Source: Candidatus Hadarchaeota archaeon (GTDB lineage: Archaea; Hadarchaeota; Hadarchaeia; Hadarchaeales; Hadarchaeaceae). From it: a stretch of DNA of 32,000 nucleotides. This document shows, piece after piece, positions 1 through 8,816 of the stretch (position 1 is its first letter; every line of letters starts with the position of its first letter). Position numbers and translations under genes: made by a program. The stretch covers positions 150,001-182,000 of the forward strand of contig CAZETV010000001.1 in assembly GCA_964514965.1 (NCBI GenBank). Direction: 5' to 3'. The notes below the pieces were generated by a model. It was not told the DNA's origin and ran no database searches. It saw nothing but the letters and a program-made list of their open reading frames with translations.

Positions 1-80
1 GGGGATAGCTACTAGTACTTGCACTTAGGAGTTTCATCTGAATCCCATCGAATATTTACTCGAAAGTTAAATAGATGCTC

Positions 81-128
81 GGCTTATAAGCCTTGTAATA
101 ATAAATTCATGCATAAAATATAAACCTT
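81..128 (+). promoter_or_regulatory. Candidate promoter region upstream of the mevalonate kinase gene; contains a perfect 12-bp palindrome GGCTTATAAGCC (81-92) and an AT-rich TATA-like element (about 115-127)
   Basis: Direct reading of the sequence: ggcttataagcc, then gcataaaatataaacc, upstream of the ATG at 162. The promoter role is inferred. Confidence 0.35.
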
Positions 129-161
129 CGAGTAAACTGTTAGGTTTTAGGTGAGTTTAAA

Positions 162-1088
162 ATGGGTTTCGGACGTGGATTCGGAAAAGTAATACTCTTT
201 AACGAACATTTTGTGGTTTTTCAGGTGCCCTCGATTGTTTCGGCAATCGACAAGATGGCCGCGGCTACCGTCGAGCGCGGGGAGGGCTTTGGCTGGGCCT
301 TGGAAGATGGTAGGCAATCCACCCCAGGATACAAAGAGGAGAAGCTCGAGCAACAGAAGGAATCAATCAACCGAATATTAAAAGCAGCAGGAATAGACCC
401 CACCAAAAATCCAATCAAGATTATCTTCGGCGGAGATTTAGTTGCGGCGAGCGGAATAGGGGCCAGCGCCGCCTCATGCACCGCGCTCGCCCGGGCTCTC
501 TCAGACGAGTTCAACTTGGGGCTTTCAGATGAGCGAATAAATGAGCTAGCCTACGAGGGCGAGAAGGGATATCATGGAACCCCATCGGGAATTGATAATA
601 CCGCGGCGACCTATGGGGGATTGATTTGGTTCGTGAAGGGGGAACCAAACGTGATCGAGCGGATGAAAATAGAGGCGCCCGTCGAGGTGGTGATTGGAAA
701 CACAGGGTTAGTCGCCAACACTAAAGCGGCGGTCACAGGGGTTCGCGAGCGGAAGGAAAAATATCCGGAAAAATATGACAAGAGCTTTAAAGAGGCGGAG
801 GACTTGGCATATAGAGCTCGAAAAGCACTTGAGAGTCATGATCTAAAGACAGTTGGGGAATGCATGGATGAGAATCACAAACAGCTGCAAGCAATCGAGG
901 TTTCGTGCAAGGAGCTTGACTTTTTGGTTGATCTGGCGAGGGACAAAGGTGCATTCGGAGCAAAAATGACCGGGGGAGGCCTTGGGGGGAACATGGTCGC
1001 ACTCACTCCGGGGAAAGAGTTGCAGGAGAAGGTAGCGCGAGCGATGGAAAAGGAAGGCTTCGAGGCCCTGAGGACGAGGATAGGGTGA
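162..1088 (+). CDS. mvk: Mevalonate kinase (GHMP kinase family)
   Basis: GKVILFNEHFVVF N-terminal motif, ASGIGASAASCTALARAL (GHMP ATP loop), GTPSGIDNTAATYGG, and KMTGGGLGGNMVAL C-terminal motif. Confidence 0.9.
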   Translation: MGFGRGFGKVILFNEHFVVFQVPSIVSAIDKMAAATVERGEGFGWALEDGRQSTPGYKEEKLEQQKESINRILKAAGIDPTKNPIKIIFGGDLVAASGIGASAASCTALARALSDEFNLGLSDERINELAYEGEKGYHGTPSGIDNTAATYGGLIWFVKGEPNVIERMKIEAPVEVVIGNTGLVANTKAAVTGVRERKEKYPEKYDKSFKEAEDLAYRARKALESHDLKTVGECMDENHKQLQAIEVSCKELDFLVDLARDKGAFGAKMTGGGLGGNMVALTPGKELQEKVARAMEKEGFEALRTRIG

Positions 1089-1092
1089 TTTT

Positions 1093-2367
1093 GTGAACTT
1101 GCGAGAGTTTATCAATATTTTGGACAAGAAAGGTCTTTTGATGAAAATTGAGAAGCCCGTTGACATCAAATATGAGATGGCAACTTTAATGAAGATGCTT
1201 GATGGAAAGCCGATTCTTTTCGAGCAGGTTAAGGGTTTCTCTATGCCTGTGATAGCGAACATCTGCTCGTCAAGAGAATTGATTGCGCTGGGGTTGGGTA
1301 TCAAGGAGAGCGAAATCATGGATAAGCTGTCAGAAGCCATTGAGCACCCGAAAGAGCCGAAGGTTGTAAAGGCGGAGGGGTACAAAGAAGTCGAGACAGA
1401 TCTCACGAAGTTCCCTGTCCTGACTCACTACGCTTTCGATGGGGGACCTTACATCTCTTCAGGAATAGTTATCGCAAACGATCCAGAGCTCGGCCTCAAT
1501 GCCTCGTATCAGAGAATGATGGTCATAGGAAAAGACAAAGTCGTGTTAAGAATATTGCCGAGACATTTTGATGAATTCCTAAATCGTGGGGTTCGAGAAT
1601 TCGCGATTTGCATAGGGAATTCCATGCCTGTTTTGGTAGCCTCGGCGGTCTCGTTAGAAATAGGAAAGAGCGAGCTAAGCATCGCGAATGCACTAGCGGA
1701 AACTAATTTAATCGAACTGGCGGGCCACAAGGTTCCTGAGGCTGAGATAATTATGATTGCCGAAATGACGGGAGAGGCGCACGACGAGGGGCCTTTCCTC
1801 GACCTGACGGAGACTCCCGATATCGTGCGCAAGCAGCGGGTGGCGCGGATTAAGAAAATATTCACGAAAGAGAACCCGCTCTATCAAGCTCTGCTCCCTG
1901 GAGCGCTCGAGCACAGAATTCTGATGGGCATGCCACGCGAGCCGACGATATTCAGGGAGGTCAACAAAGTTTGCGAGTGCAAAGATGTCTCGGTGACTCC
2001 CGGGGGATGCTCTTGGTTGCACGCGGTTGTGAGCATCAAAAAGAAGACCCCAGACGACGGGCGGAAGGCAATCGAGGCAGCGTTCAAAGGACACAGGTCG
2101 CTGAAACATGTTTGGGTAGTGGATGACGATATTGATGTGCACAACCCGCATGATGTCGAGTGGGCCATGGCCACTCGGTTTCAGGGCGACAGGGATATTG
2201 TTATAAAAAAGGAGAAGGGCTCGTCGCTTGACCCATCCTCAGACCTTGAGACGCGCATGACGACCAAGATGTGTTTTGACTTGACGATACCTGTGGGGAA
2301 AGATTTGAAGAGTTTCAAAAAACCAGAACTTCCAATGAAATTAAAGCTTAAAGATTACCTACCATAA
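1093..2367 (+). CDS. UbiD-family decarboxylase, probable trans-anhydromevalonate-5-phosphate decarboxylase (prenyl-FMN dependent)
   Basis: Full-length 424-aa UbiD-like protein (YRIxxxG-less archaeal type; GPFLDLTETPDIVRKQRVARIKKIF region; HPHDVEWAMATRFQGDRDIV-like region) directly downstream of mvk and in the same neighbourhood as aconitase-X and DUF126. GTG start. Confidence 0.8.
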   Translation: MNLREFINILDKKGLLMKIEKPVDIKYEMATLMKMLDGKPILFEQVKGFSMPVIANICSSRELIALGLGIKESEIMDKLSEAIEHPKEPKVVKAEGYKEVETDLTKFPVLTHYAFDGGPYISSGIVIANDPELGLNASYQRMMVIGKDKVVLRILPRHFDEFLNRGVREFAICIGNSMPVLVASAVSLEIGKSELSIANALAETNLIELAGHKVPEAEIIMIAEMTGEAHDEGPFLDLTETPDIVRKQRVARIKKIFTKENPLYQALLPGALEHRILMGMPREPTIFREVNKVCECKDVSVTPGGCSWLHAVVSIKKKTPDDGRKAIEAAFKGHRSLKHVWVVDDDIDVHNPHDVEWAMATRFQGDRDIVIKKEKGSSLDPSSDLETRMTTKMCFDLTIPVGKDLKSFKKPELPMKLKLKDYLP

Positions 2368-2420
2368 ACACCAAAAAAATTTTAAGCTTGTTATTTTAAC
2401 TTTTTTTAAAGGCGATTGTA

Positions 2421-3785
2421 ATGGAAGAAGTTCACGAAGCTCCGCATGCGTTAAGAGAATGGGAACGGGTTGCCGCTCACTCACATATTACAGGACTTGG
2501 TCTGGAGGGCCTGAAAGCTAGGCCGATCGCCACAGGCATGGTTGGCCAAAAAGAGGCGAGAGAAGCTGCTGGTGTCATCGTCGACATGATAAAGAAGGGG
2601 AAGTTCGCTGGGCGGTCGATTTTGCTGGCTGGGCCTCCAGGGACAGGCAAAACAGCCATTGCCATCGCAATAGCAAAGGAACTAGGACGCGATGTGCCTT
2701 TCATGCCCTTCGCAGCGTCAGAGATATATTCGGCCGAGATCAAGAAAACGGAGTTTCTGACTCAAACTCTTAGAAAGGCTATAGGGTTGAGGGTTCACGA
2801 AATGCGCAGGATTTATGAGGGCGAGGTGAAAGAAATCCGCATCGACCAAGAGGCCCACCCATACAATCCGTACACCAAAATTCCAGTCGGCGGCACAATC
2901 AAGCTCGCGACCAAAGACGCCGCCCAACAGTTGAAGATGGACCAATCGTTTGCCGTATCGTTGACCAAACAAAATGTTGAAACCGGCGATGTTGTACAAA
3001 TTGATGCTGATTCTGGCAGAGTTGCAAAGATGGGTAGGTCTAGAGAAGTTGCAGAGAAGGAGAAAGCAGACCTCACCGCAGTTCAGACTGTTGATGTGCC
3101 AAGCGGGCCCGTGCTAAAGCACAAGGAGTTCATTTATCCCATGACCCTCCACGAACTTGACGCGGCTCAATCCCGTGCAGGAGTGAGCATGTTCAGTCTC
3201 TTCTTCGGGGGTGAGGAGCGCAAGGAGATTTCAAGCGAGGTTAGGGCGGGAGTCGACGAAATGGTCAGAAAATGGGTCGAGGAAGGACGAGCAGAATTCT
3301 TGCCTGGAGTCGTGTTCATCGACGAGTGCTCCCTGCTCGACATAGAAACCTTCTCATTTTTGGGTAGGGGGACGGAGCAAGAGCTGGCCCCAATAGTGAT
3401 TTTTGCTACAAACAGGGGTCTGACATCGGTTAGAGGAACAGACCTCAAGTCTCCCCACGGAATGCCCCTAGACCTGCTCGACAGACTTCTCATCATAGCT
3501 ACTAAATCCTACACGAGGGATGAGATTTTTGAAATCTTGAAGATAAGGGCAAAAGCGGAAAAAATAACGCTGACCCCTGATGCGTTGGAATATCTCGCAG
3601 ATATCGGTAGTCAGGCCTCGCTCAGGTATGCAGTTCAACTTTTGGCCCCGGCGTCTGAGGTGGCGGCTGTCGAGAAATCAAAGAAAGTTACCAAAGCCCA
3701 CATCGAAAGGATAAGGCAGCTTTTCATAGACGTCAGGCGGTCTGTAGACTATCTGCGAGATTTCGAGGAAAAAATGCTTAAGTGA
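2421..3785 (+). CDS. RuvB-like / TIP49 family AAA+ ATPase
   Basis: HITGLGL, GMVGQKEAREAAGVIVDMI, Walker [21 protein letters not shown], Walker B VVFIDECSLLDIETFSFL, sensor ATNRG, and PLDLLDRLLII are all characteristic of TIP49/RVB proteins. Confidence 0.88.
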   Translation: MEEVHEAPHALREWERVAAHSHITGLGLEGLKARPIATGMVGQKEAREAAGVIVDMIKKGKFAGRSILLAGPPGTGKTAIAIAIAKELGRDVPFMPFAASEIYSAEIKKTEFLTQTLRKAIGLRVHEMRRIYEGEVKEIRIDQEAHPYNPYTKIPVGGTIKLATKDAAQQLKMDQSFAVSLTKQNVETGDVVQIDADSGRVAKMGRSREVAEKEKADLTAVQTVDVPSGPVLKHKEFIYPMTLHELDAAQSRAGVSMFSLFFGGEERKEISSEVRAGVDEMVRKWVEEGRAEFLPGVVFIDECSLLDIETFSFLGRGTEQELAPIVIFATNRGLTSVRGTDLKSPHGMPLDLLDRLLIIATKSYTRDEIFEILKIRAKAEKITLTPDALEYLADIGSQASLRYAVQLLAPASEVAAVEKSKKVTKAHIERIRQLFIDVRRSVDYLRDFEEKMLK

Positions 3786-3814
3786 TTGAATTAACGTGAT
3801 TTTTAGCGGATGGC

Positions 3815-5002
3815 ATGTACCTAACAAAAGAACAGGAGCAAATGCTCTCTGGAGAGCGGGGAGAAATCATCGAGCGGATGTTTCGTTTGCTCGTGCGCTT
3901 AGGTGACATCTACGGCGCAAACCGGATGATTCTCGTTGGGTCTGTCCAAGTTGCTGGTGTTTCCTACAAGTCAATCGGCGACCCTGGGCTGGAGTTTCTT
4001 GAAGATATCGCGGAGAAGGGAGCCAAAGTTCAGGTGCCGACAACCCTGAACCCACCTGGCATGGATCTTGTTGATTGGAAAGAGCTGAATTTCCCGGAAG
4101 ATTTTGCAAAAAAACAGTTGGAGATAATAGATGCTTTTCGGAAGATGGGGATAATGATAACCGCCACCTGCACTCCATACTTGGTCGGCAACCTGCCACG
4201 TTTTGGAGAGCACATCGCGTGGTCTGAGTCTTCGGCTGTTTCCTTTGCTAACTCGGTGATAGGCGCGCGCACTAATCGGGAAGGAGGTCCCTCGGCGCTC
4301 GCAGCAGCTCTCTGCGGGGTGACCCCAAATTACGGGCTGCACTTGGATGAAAAACGGAAACCGACTGTCATTGTGAAAGTTGACGCCGGGCTAAAGGACA
4401 ACTCCGATTTTGGCGCGTTGGGCTACCACGTCGGGAAGCTCGTCAAGAAAGGGATTCCGTATTTCAAGGGAATCAAGGACGCAGATGTTGACCAGCTGAA
4501 GGCGCTAGGGGCCGCGATGGCAGCGTCGGGCGCGGTCGCTCTATATCATGCGGAGGGGTTGACACCTGAAGCTGGTTTCATAGACACGAAGGGACTTGAA
4601 ACTGTGGAGGTGGGGGAAAAGGAACTGAAGGAAACTTACAAAACACTCAACACCGGGCAGGATCCGGATATCGTAATTCTTGGCTGCCCTCACGCCTCTC
4701 TGAAAGAAATTACGACGCTTGCTTGCAAGCTTGAGGGAAAACGTCTCCGTAAGCCACTCTGGATTTGCACCTCGCGCGTCACAAAGGAGGCAGCAACGCG
4801 CATGGGCTTCACCGAAATTATAGAAAAATCTGGAGGGAAGGTGGTGGCCGACACCTGCACCGTGGTTTCCCCCATCGAGCAAATGGGTTACAAGACCACC
4901 GGAGTCAATTCAGGTAAGGCCGCAAACTATCTCCCCGGTTTCTGCAAGCAACAGGTCGTGTTTAAGAGCCTCGACGATTTGCTGGAGGGACGAACCACAT
5001 GA
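3815..5002 (+). CDS. Aconitase X catalytic domain protein; phosphomevalonate dehydratase large subunit
   Basis: 395 aa with TCTPYLVGNLPRFGEHIAWSESSAVSFANSVIGARTNREGGPSALAAALCG, CPHASLKEI and TCTVVSPIEQMG motifs of the AcnX family. Its stop overlaps the downstream DUF126 start (ATGA). Confidence 0.88.
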   Translation: MYLTKEQEQMLSGERGEIIERMFRLLVRLGDIYGANRMILVGSVQVAGVSYKSIGDPGLEFLEDIAEKGAKVQVPTTLNPPGMDLVDWKELNFPEDFAKKQLEIIDAFRKMGIMITATCTPYLVGNLPRFGEHIAWSESSAVSFANSVIGARTNREGGPSALAAALCGVTPNYGLHLDEKRKPTVIVKVDAGLKDNSDFGALGYHVGKLVKKGIPYFKGIKDADVDQLKALGAAMAASGAVALYHAEGLTPEAGFIDTKGLETVEVGEKELKETYKTLNTGQDPDIVILGCPHASLKEITTLACKLEGKRLRKPLWICTSRVTKEAATRMGFTEIIEKSGGKVVADTCTVVSPIEQMGYKTTGVNSGKAANYLPGFCKQQVVFKSLDDLLEGRTT

Positions 5003-5382
5003 AGGGTCGAATGATTAGCCCAGGGAAGGCTCGAGGCGAGGCTATAGTTTCGAAGGAGCCGATAGGGTTCTACGGCGGGATAGACCCGAAAACTGGTGTG
5101 GTCATCGAGAAAGGGCACGAGCTCGAGGGCAAATCGGTGAAGGATAAAATTTTGGTGTTTCCACAAGGGAAGGGCTCCACGGTTGGGTCCTACATCATCT
5201 ATGGTCTGAAAAAGAACGGGGTGGCGCCGACCGCGATAGTCAACAAGGAAACGGAAACCATTGTGGCGACGGGAGTAATCTTGGCTGGAGTTCCTTGCGT
5301 TGATGGAATTGACATTGACAAAATCAAGACAGGGGATAAGTTGAAAGTCGATGCGGACGAAGCTATGGTTGAGGTCGAATAA
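4999..5382 (+). CDS. DUF126 / AcnX swivel-domain protein; phosphomevalonate dehydratase small subunit
   Basis: MKGRMISPGKARGEAIVSKEPIGFYGGIDPKTG, VLVFPQGKGSTVGSYIIY, and NKETETIVATGVILAGVPCVDGID; overlaps the AcnX stop codon by 4 nt. Confidence 0.88.
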   Translation: MKGRMISPGKARGEAIVSKEPIGFYGGIDPKTGVVIEKGHELEGKSVKDKILVFPQGKGSTVGSYIIYGLKKNGVAPTAIVNKETETIVATGVILAGVPCVDGIDIDKIKTGDKLKVDADEAMVEVE

Positions 5383-5383
5383 A

Positions 5384-5620
5384 ATGACTGGACCCGCTGA
5401 AAGTAAAATTGAGATCAAGGCAAAGGTTTACATCCACAAGCGTGACCCGCTCACACGTTCAAAAATACCTCACATCGACATCGAGGCGCCGATATTGAAC
5501 GAAATTATCAAACCCAATGAAGCAACCTTCGTGAGCGGCAAGCCAGGCGGGGTGTTCATCGGGCTTAAGCGGGAGATGCTGGCGAGACTAGAGAAAGTTC
5601 TAGAGCGATTGGAGAAATAA
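5384..5620 (+). CDS. Conserved-looking small hypothetical protein (78 aa) at the end of the mevalonate cluster
   Basis: ATG directly after the DUF126 stop (5380-5382); soluble, charged product MTGPAESKIEIKAKVYIHKRD...LERLEK. The ORF track starts it at 5351, but 5384 fits better. Confidence 0.65.
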   Translation: MTGPAESKIEIKAKVYIHKRDPLTRSKIPHIDIEAPILNEIIKPNEATFVSGKPGGVFIGLKREMLARLEKVLERLEK

Positions 5621-5621
5621 G

Positions 5622-5629
5622 TTTAATAT
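5622..5629 (+). promoter_or_regulatory. TATA-like box for tRNA-Val
   Basis: tttaatat centred about 25 nt upstream of the tRNA 5' end, immediately after the stop codon of the upstream gene. Confidence 0.4.
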
Positions 5630-5649
5630 CGAGCCGTCAAATTTTACTC

Positions 5650-5721
5650 GGGCCCGTGGTCCAGTGGTTAAGACATCACCCTCACACGGTGGCTACCGGG
5701 GTTCGAATCCCCGCGGGCCCA
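5650..5721 (+). tRNA. tRNA-Val(CAC)
   Basis: Acceptor GGGCCCG/CGGGCCC (7 bp), anticodon stem TCACC/GGTGG with loop CTCACAC (anticodon CAC), T-arm CGGGG-TTCGAAT-CCCCG, discriminator A, no encoded CCA. Confidence 0.95.
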
Positions 5722-5784
5722 CTACCAGTTACGAAGACCTTAACAGGTCAGACAATTAGTTCCATTATCCATGGGTGATGTACT

Positions 5785-6764
5785 GTGGTTGAAAATGTGA
5801 TTGAGACAAAAGGGCTCAAGAAGACTTTCACTTCCAAGGGTAGAGGTAGAAAAAAAGAGGTAGAAGCAGTCAAGGGTATAGACCTCACTGTGAAAAAGGT
5901 GAGATTTTTGGTTTCCTCGGCCCGAATGGCGCTGGTAAGTCTACAACACAAAAAATGTTTTCCACATTGTTGTCCCCCACCGGTGGAGAGGCGAAGATAC
6001 TCGGTTACAGCTTGGCGGAACAACAGGAACAGATTAGACAGAACATCGGATGCGTGAGTCAAGCCGGTGGAGCAGATCTGGTTTCTACAGGTCTCGAGAA
6101 TTTGGTTCTCCAAGCCCAACTGTACGGTTTAGACATTTTGACTGCAAAGAAATACGCGGCGGAGTTCATAGAGCATTTCCAGATGAGCTCGTTCATTGGG
6201 CGACCGGCCTCGTCCTATTCTGGTGGCCAAAAGCGCCGTTTAGATGTTGCACTTGGGATGATACATCACCCGCAACTACTTCTCCTCGATGAGCCGACAA
6301 CGGGCCTTGATCCGCAAAGTAGGGCGTATCTGTGGGGGGAGATAAAGAAATTGAAAGCCCAAGGTGTCACGATATTTTTAAGCACTCAATACATGGACGA
6401 AGCTGACAAGCTCTGCGACACGATAGCCATCATAGATAACGGAAAAATCATCGTGAGCGGAACGCCAGCAGAGCTGAAGAGCAATGTGGGCGGTGACATG
6501 ATAGAGTTTACTTTTTCATCGAAGAAGACCGCTCGAAATGCTGAAGCCCTGTTAACCAAGAAGATTGGGGTAGAGGGGGTCCAAACCAAAAAAAGTTCCA
6601 TCCATCTGTATGTAAGGAATGGGGGAAAAAAGATGCCAGGCCTCCTGCGGTTACTAGATGCCAAAAACCTGAAGGTGCAGACCATCACGTTTTCCAGACC
6701 GAGTTTGGATGACGTTTTTCTAAAGTATACAGGTCGCTCACTGAGAGAGGATGAAAGAAAATGA
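5785..6764 (+). pseudogene. ABC-2 type exporter ATP-binding protein, split by a -1 frameshift at an A5 tract (5893-5897)
   Basis: Frame 1 encodes MVENVIETKGLKKTFTSKGRGRKKEVEAVKGIDLTVKK. The -1 frame continues GEIFGFLGPNGAGKSTTQKMFSTLLSPTGG...YSGGQKRRLDVALGMIHHPQLLLLDEPTTGLDP. Confidence 0.85.
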
Positions 6765-7525
6765 TCAAGATGTTACACGACACAAAATTAATGTTCATCC
6801 GCAACATGCAGCACACGCTCCGGTACCCTGTTTTTATACTGGCGAGCATGTTCCAGCCCCTCCTTTACTTGATTTTGTTCATGCCGCTCCTGAACGGTCT
6901 CGGCGGAGTTCCAGGCCTCCCCTCAGGAAAAGCAGTGGAGGTTTTCATTCCTGGGCTTTTAGTGCTGCAAGCGCTCTTCGGCACGGCGTTCGTAGGATTC
7001 TCACTCATCGATGATATCAGGACAGGAGTTATAGAGCGATTCCTTGTAACTCCAGTAAAACGTCCGGCAATTCTTTTGGGCAGAGTTCTAAGGGATGCGG
7101 TCATCCTCGTGTTGCAATGTATTTTAATTACATTGTTTGCTATCCCATTCGGGTTGAGCGTAAACTTGGGCGGATTTTTGCTCTCTCTGTTGTTATATGC
7201 CCTGATCGGAGTTACTATGGCATCTATATCATACGGTTTCGCTCTTATCTACAAAATTGAGGACCCCCTCGCCCCGACGTTAAATATCATAACGCTACCT
7301 GTTTCTCTGTTGTCAGGCATTATCCTTCCTCTTGTGCTTGCCCCCATCTGGCTTCAATACTTAGCAAAAATCAATCCATTCTCGTACGCGGTTAATGCAG
7401 CGCGTGCACTGTTTGCAGGTAACTTTCAGAACATCGAAATCATGGAAGGGTTCGTCGTCATCAGCTTGCTTGCAATCATAGTATTCCTGTGGGGGCTGAG
7501 GTCACTCAAAAAAATGGCGTCGTGA
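6761..7525 (+). CDS. ABC-2 type transporter permease
   Basis: Multiple TM segments; VFIPGLLVLQALFGTAFVGFSLIDDIRTGVIERFLVTPVKR is typical of ABC-2 membrane proteins. It overlaps the upstream ATPase gene end. Confidence 0.85.
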   Translation: MIKMLHDTKLMFIRNMQHTLRYPVFILASMFQPLLYLILFMPLLNGLGGVPGLPSGKAVEVFIPGLLVLQALFGTAFVGFSLIDDIRTGVIERFLVTPVKRPAILLGRVLRDAVILVLQCILITLFAIPFGLSVNLGGFLLSLLLYALIGVTMASISYGFALIYKIEDPLAPTLNIITLPVSLLSGIILPLVLAPIWLQYLAKINPFSYAVNAARALFAGNFQNIEIMEGFVVISLLAIIVFLWGLRSLKKMAS

Positions 7526-7540
7526 GTATGAAATTTATAG

Positions 7541-7562
7541 ATTGGTCGGAGTGACCGCCAAT
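7541..7562 (+). other. Small imperfect inverted repeat (ATTGG-T-CGG / CCG-CCAAT)
   Basis: 8-bp stem with one bulged T and a 5-nt loop, between convergent genes ending at 7525 and 7627. Confidence 0.3.
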
Positions 7563-7626
7563 ATTTAGAACTCTACCGGCAATCTGTGAGTGTTCTCGTC
7601 CTTCTAGAAATTCCCAGCGAGTCGGG

Positions 7627-8799
7627 TCATTGATTTATATGCACTACTTTTGGCGGCGGGAGACCGTTGAAGTATGTTGCCGATGCTATAGAGTACGCTC
7701 CGATGTTCTCGGCGTAAACCAGGTCGTCTATTTCCAGTTCAGGCAACTCATCGGACAGCGATATAGTGTCGAAAGCATCGCATGTCGGCCCGAACGTCGC
7801 GCTGATCTTTTTCTCGCCCTCTTTGAACGCCTTTATCGAGTAATTACAGTGGTCGAACACCTTGCCAGAAAAGCTGTGATAAACTCCGTCGTTCAAATAG
7901 TAGCACGGTTTCCCGTCCCTAACCGCTTTCCCTATGACCTTGGCCACTAACGTGCACGCGTTTGCCACAAGGAATCTTCCCGGCTCTGCCAGCACTTCTA
8001 TGTCGGGCGGGAACAACCGTTTCACTTCGGAATTGATTTTTCTCGCCAACGTCTTGAATGATTTTACGGAGGGGTTATACTTTACGGGGAATCCGCCACC
8101 GATGTCCAGTAGCTTCAGCTTTCTCCCTCTTAGTTCCACTTCTTTGAGAATAGATGACGCCAAATTAAGCGCCTGCACATAGTTGTCGAAATTCGTGCAT
8201 TGGCTCCCCACGTGGAAGCTCAGCCCTTCCACTACAAGCCCCTCCTTGAACGCCTCCTCGATTAAATCCACCGCCTCTCCGGGATGCGCCCCGAATTTTG
8301 AGGATAGCTCCACCATCGATCCCGTGTTCGGCACTCTTATCCTGAGCGCCAATCCCGCGTTAGGGGCGTACTTTTTTATCTTCTTTATTTCATCGATATT
8401 GTCATAGGTTACCAATGGCTTGTACTGATTCAACAATTCAAGCGTTTCCGCCGGCTTTATTGTGTTGGCGTAAATCATCTTGTCCCATATGTAATCCTGC
8501 CTTTCCTTGCCAGGGAGGTCTTTTATTCTATCGTAAACGAGCATGAATTCCGGGAACGATGCCACATCAAAACTCGAACCGACCTTGTACAGCGTTTTGA
8601 TAATCTCCGGGTTGGGGTTTGCTTTTACGGCGTAGTATACCTGAACGTTTGGCAGGTGCTCCCTGAATTCGCGGTAGTTCTGCCGTATCTTTTCATGGTC
8701 GATTATGAAGACCGGAGTACCATTCTCTCTCGCTATTCGCTGTAACAATTCCTTATCTATATCCTCTTCAGTTTTCGTCCTAATCGCCGTCCCAACCAT
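7627..8799 (-). CDS. PLP-dependent fold type III decarboxylase, ornithine/lysine decarboxylase-like
   Basis: YYAVKANPNPEIIKTL (PLP lysine), FHVGSQC, DIGGGFP, AEPGRFLVANA, NDGVYHSFSGKVFDH, and GPTCDAFDT with the catalytic Cys of the ODC group. Confidence 0.85.
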   Translation of the reverse strand: MVGTAIRTKTEEDIDKELLQRIARENGTPVFIIDHEKIRQNYREFREHLPNVQVYYAVKANPNPEIIKTLYKVGSSFDVASFPEFMLVYDRIKDLPGKERQDYIWDKMIYANTIKPAETLELLNQYKPLVTYDNIDEIKKIKKYAPNAGLALRIRVPNTGSMVELSSKFGAHPGEAVDLIEEAFKEGLVVEGLSFHVGSQCTNFDNYVQALNLASSILKEVELRGRKLKLLDIGGGFPVKYNPSVKSFKTLARKINSEVKRLFPPDIEVLAEPGRFLVANACTLVAKVIGKAVRDGKPCYYLNDGVYHSFSGKVFDHCNYSIKAFKEGEKKISATFGPTCDAFDTISLSDELPELEIDDLVYAENIGAYSIASATYFNGLPPPKVVHINQ

Positions 8800-8816
8800 G
8801 GTTATTATTTTTAAAC

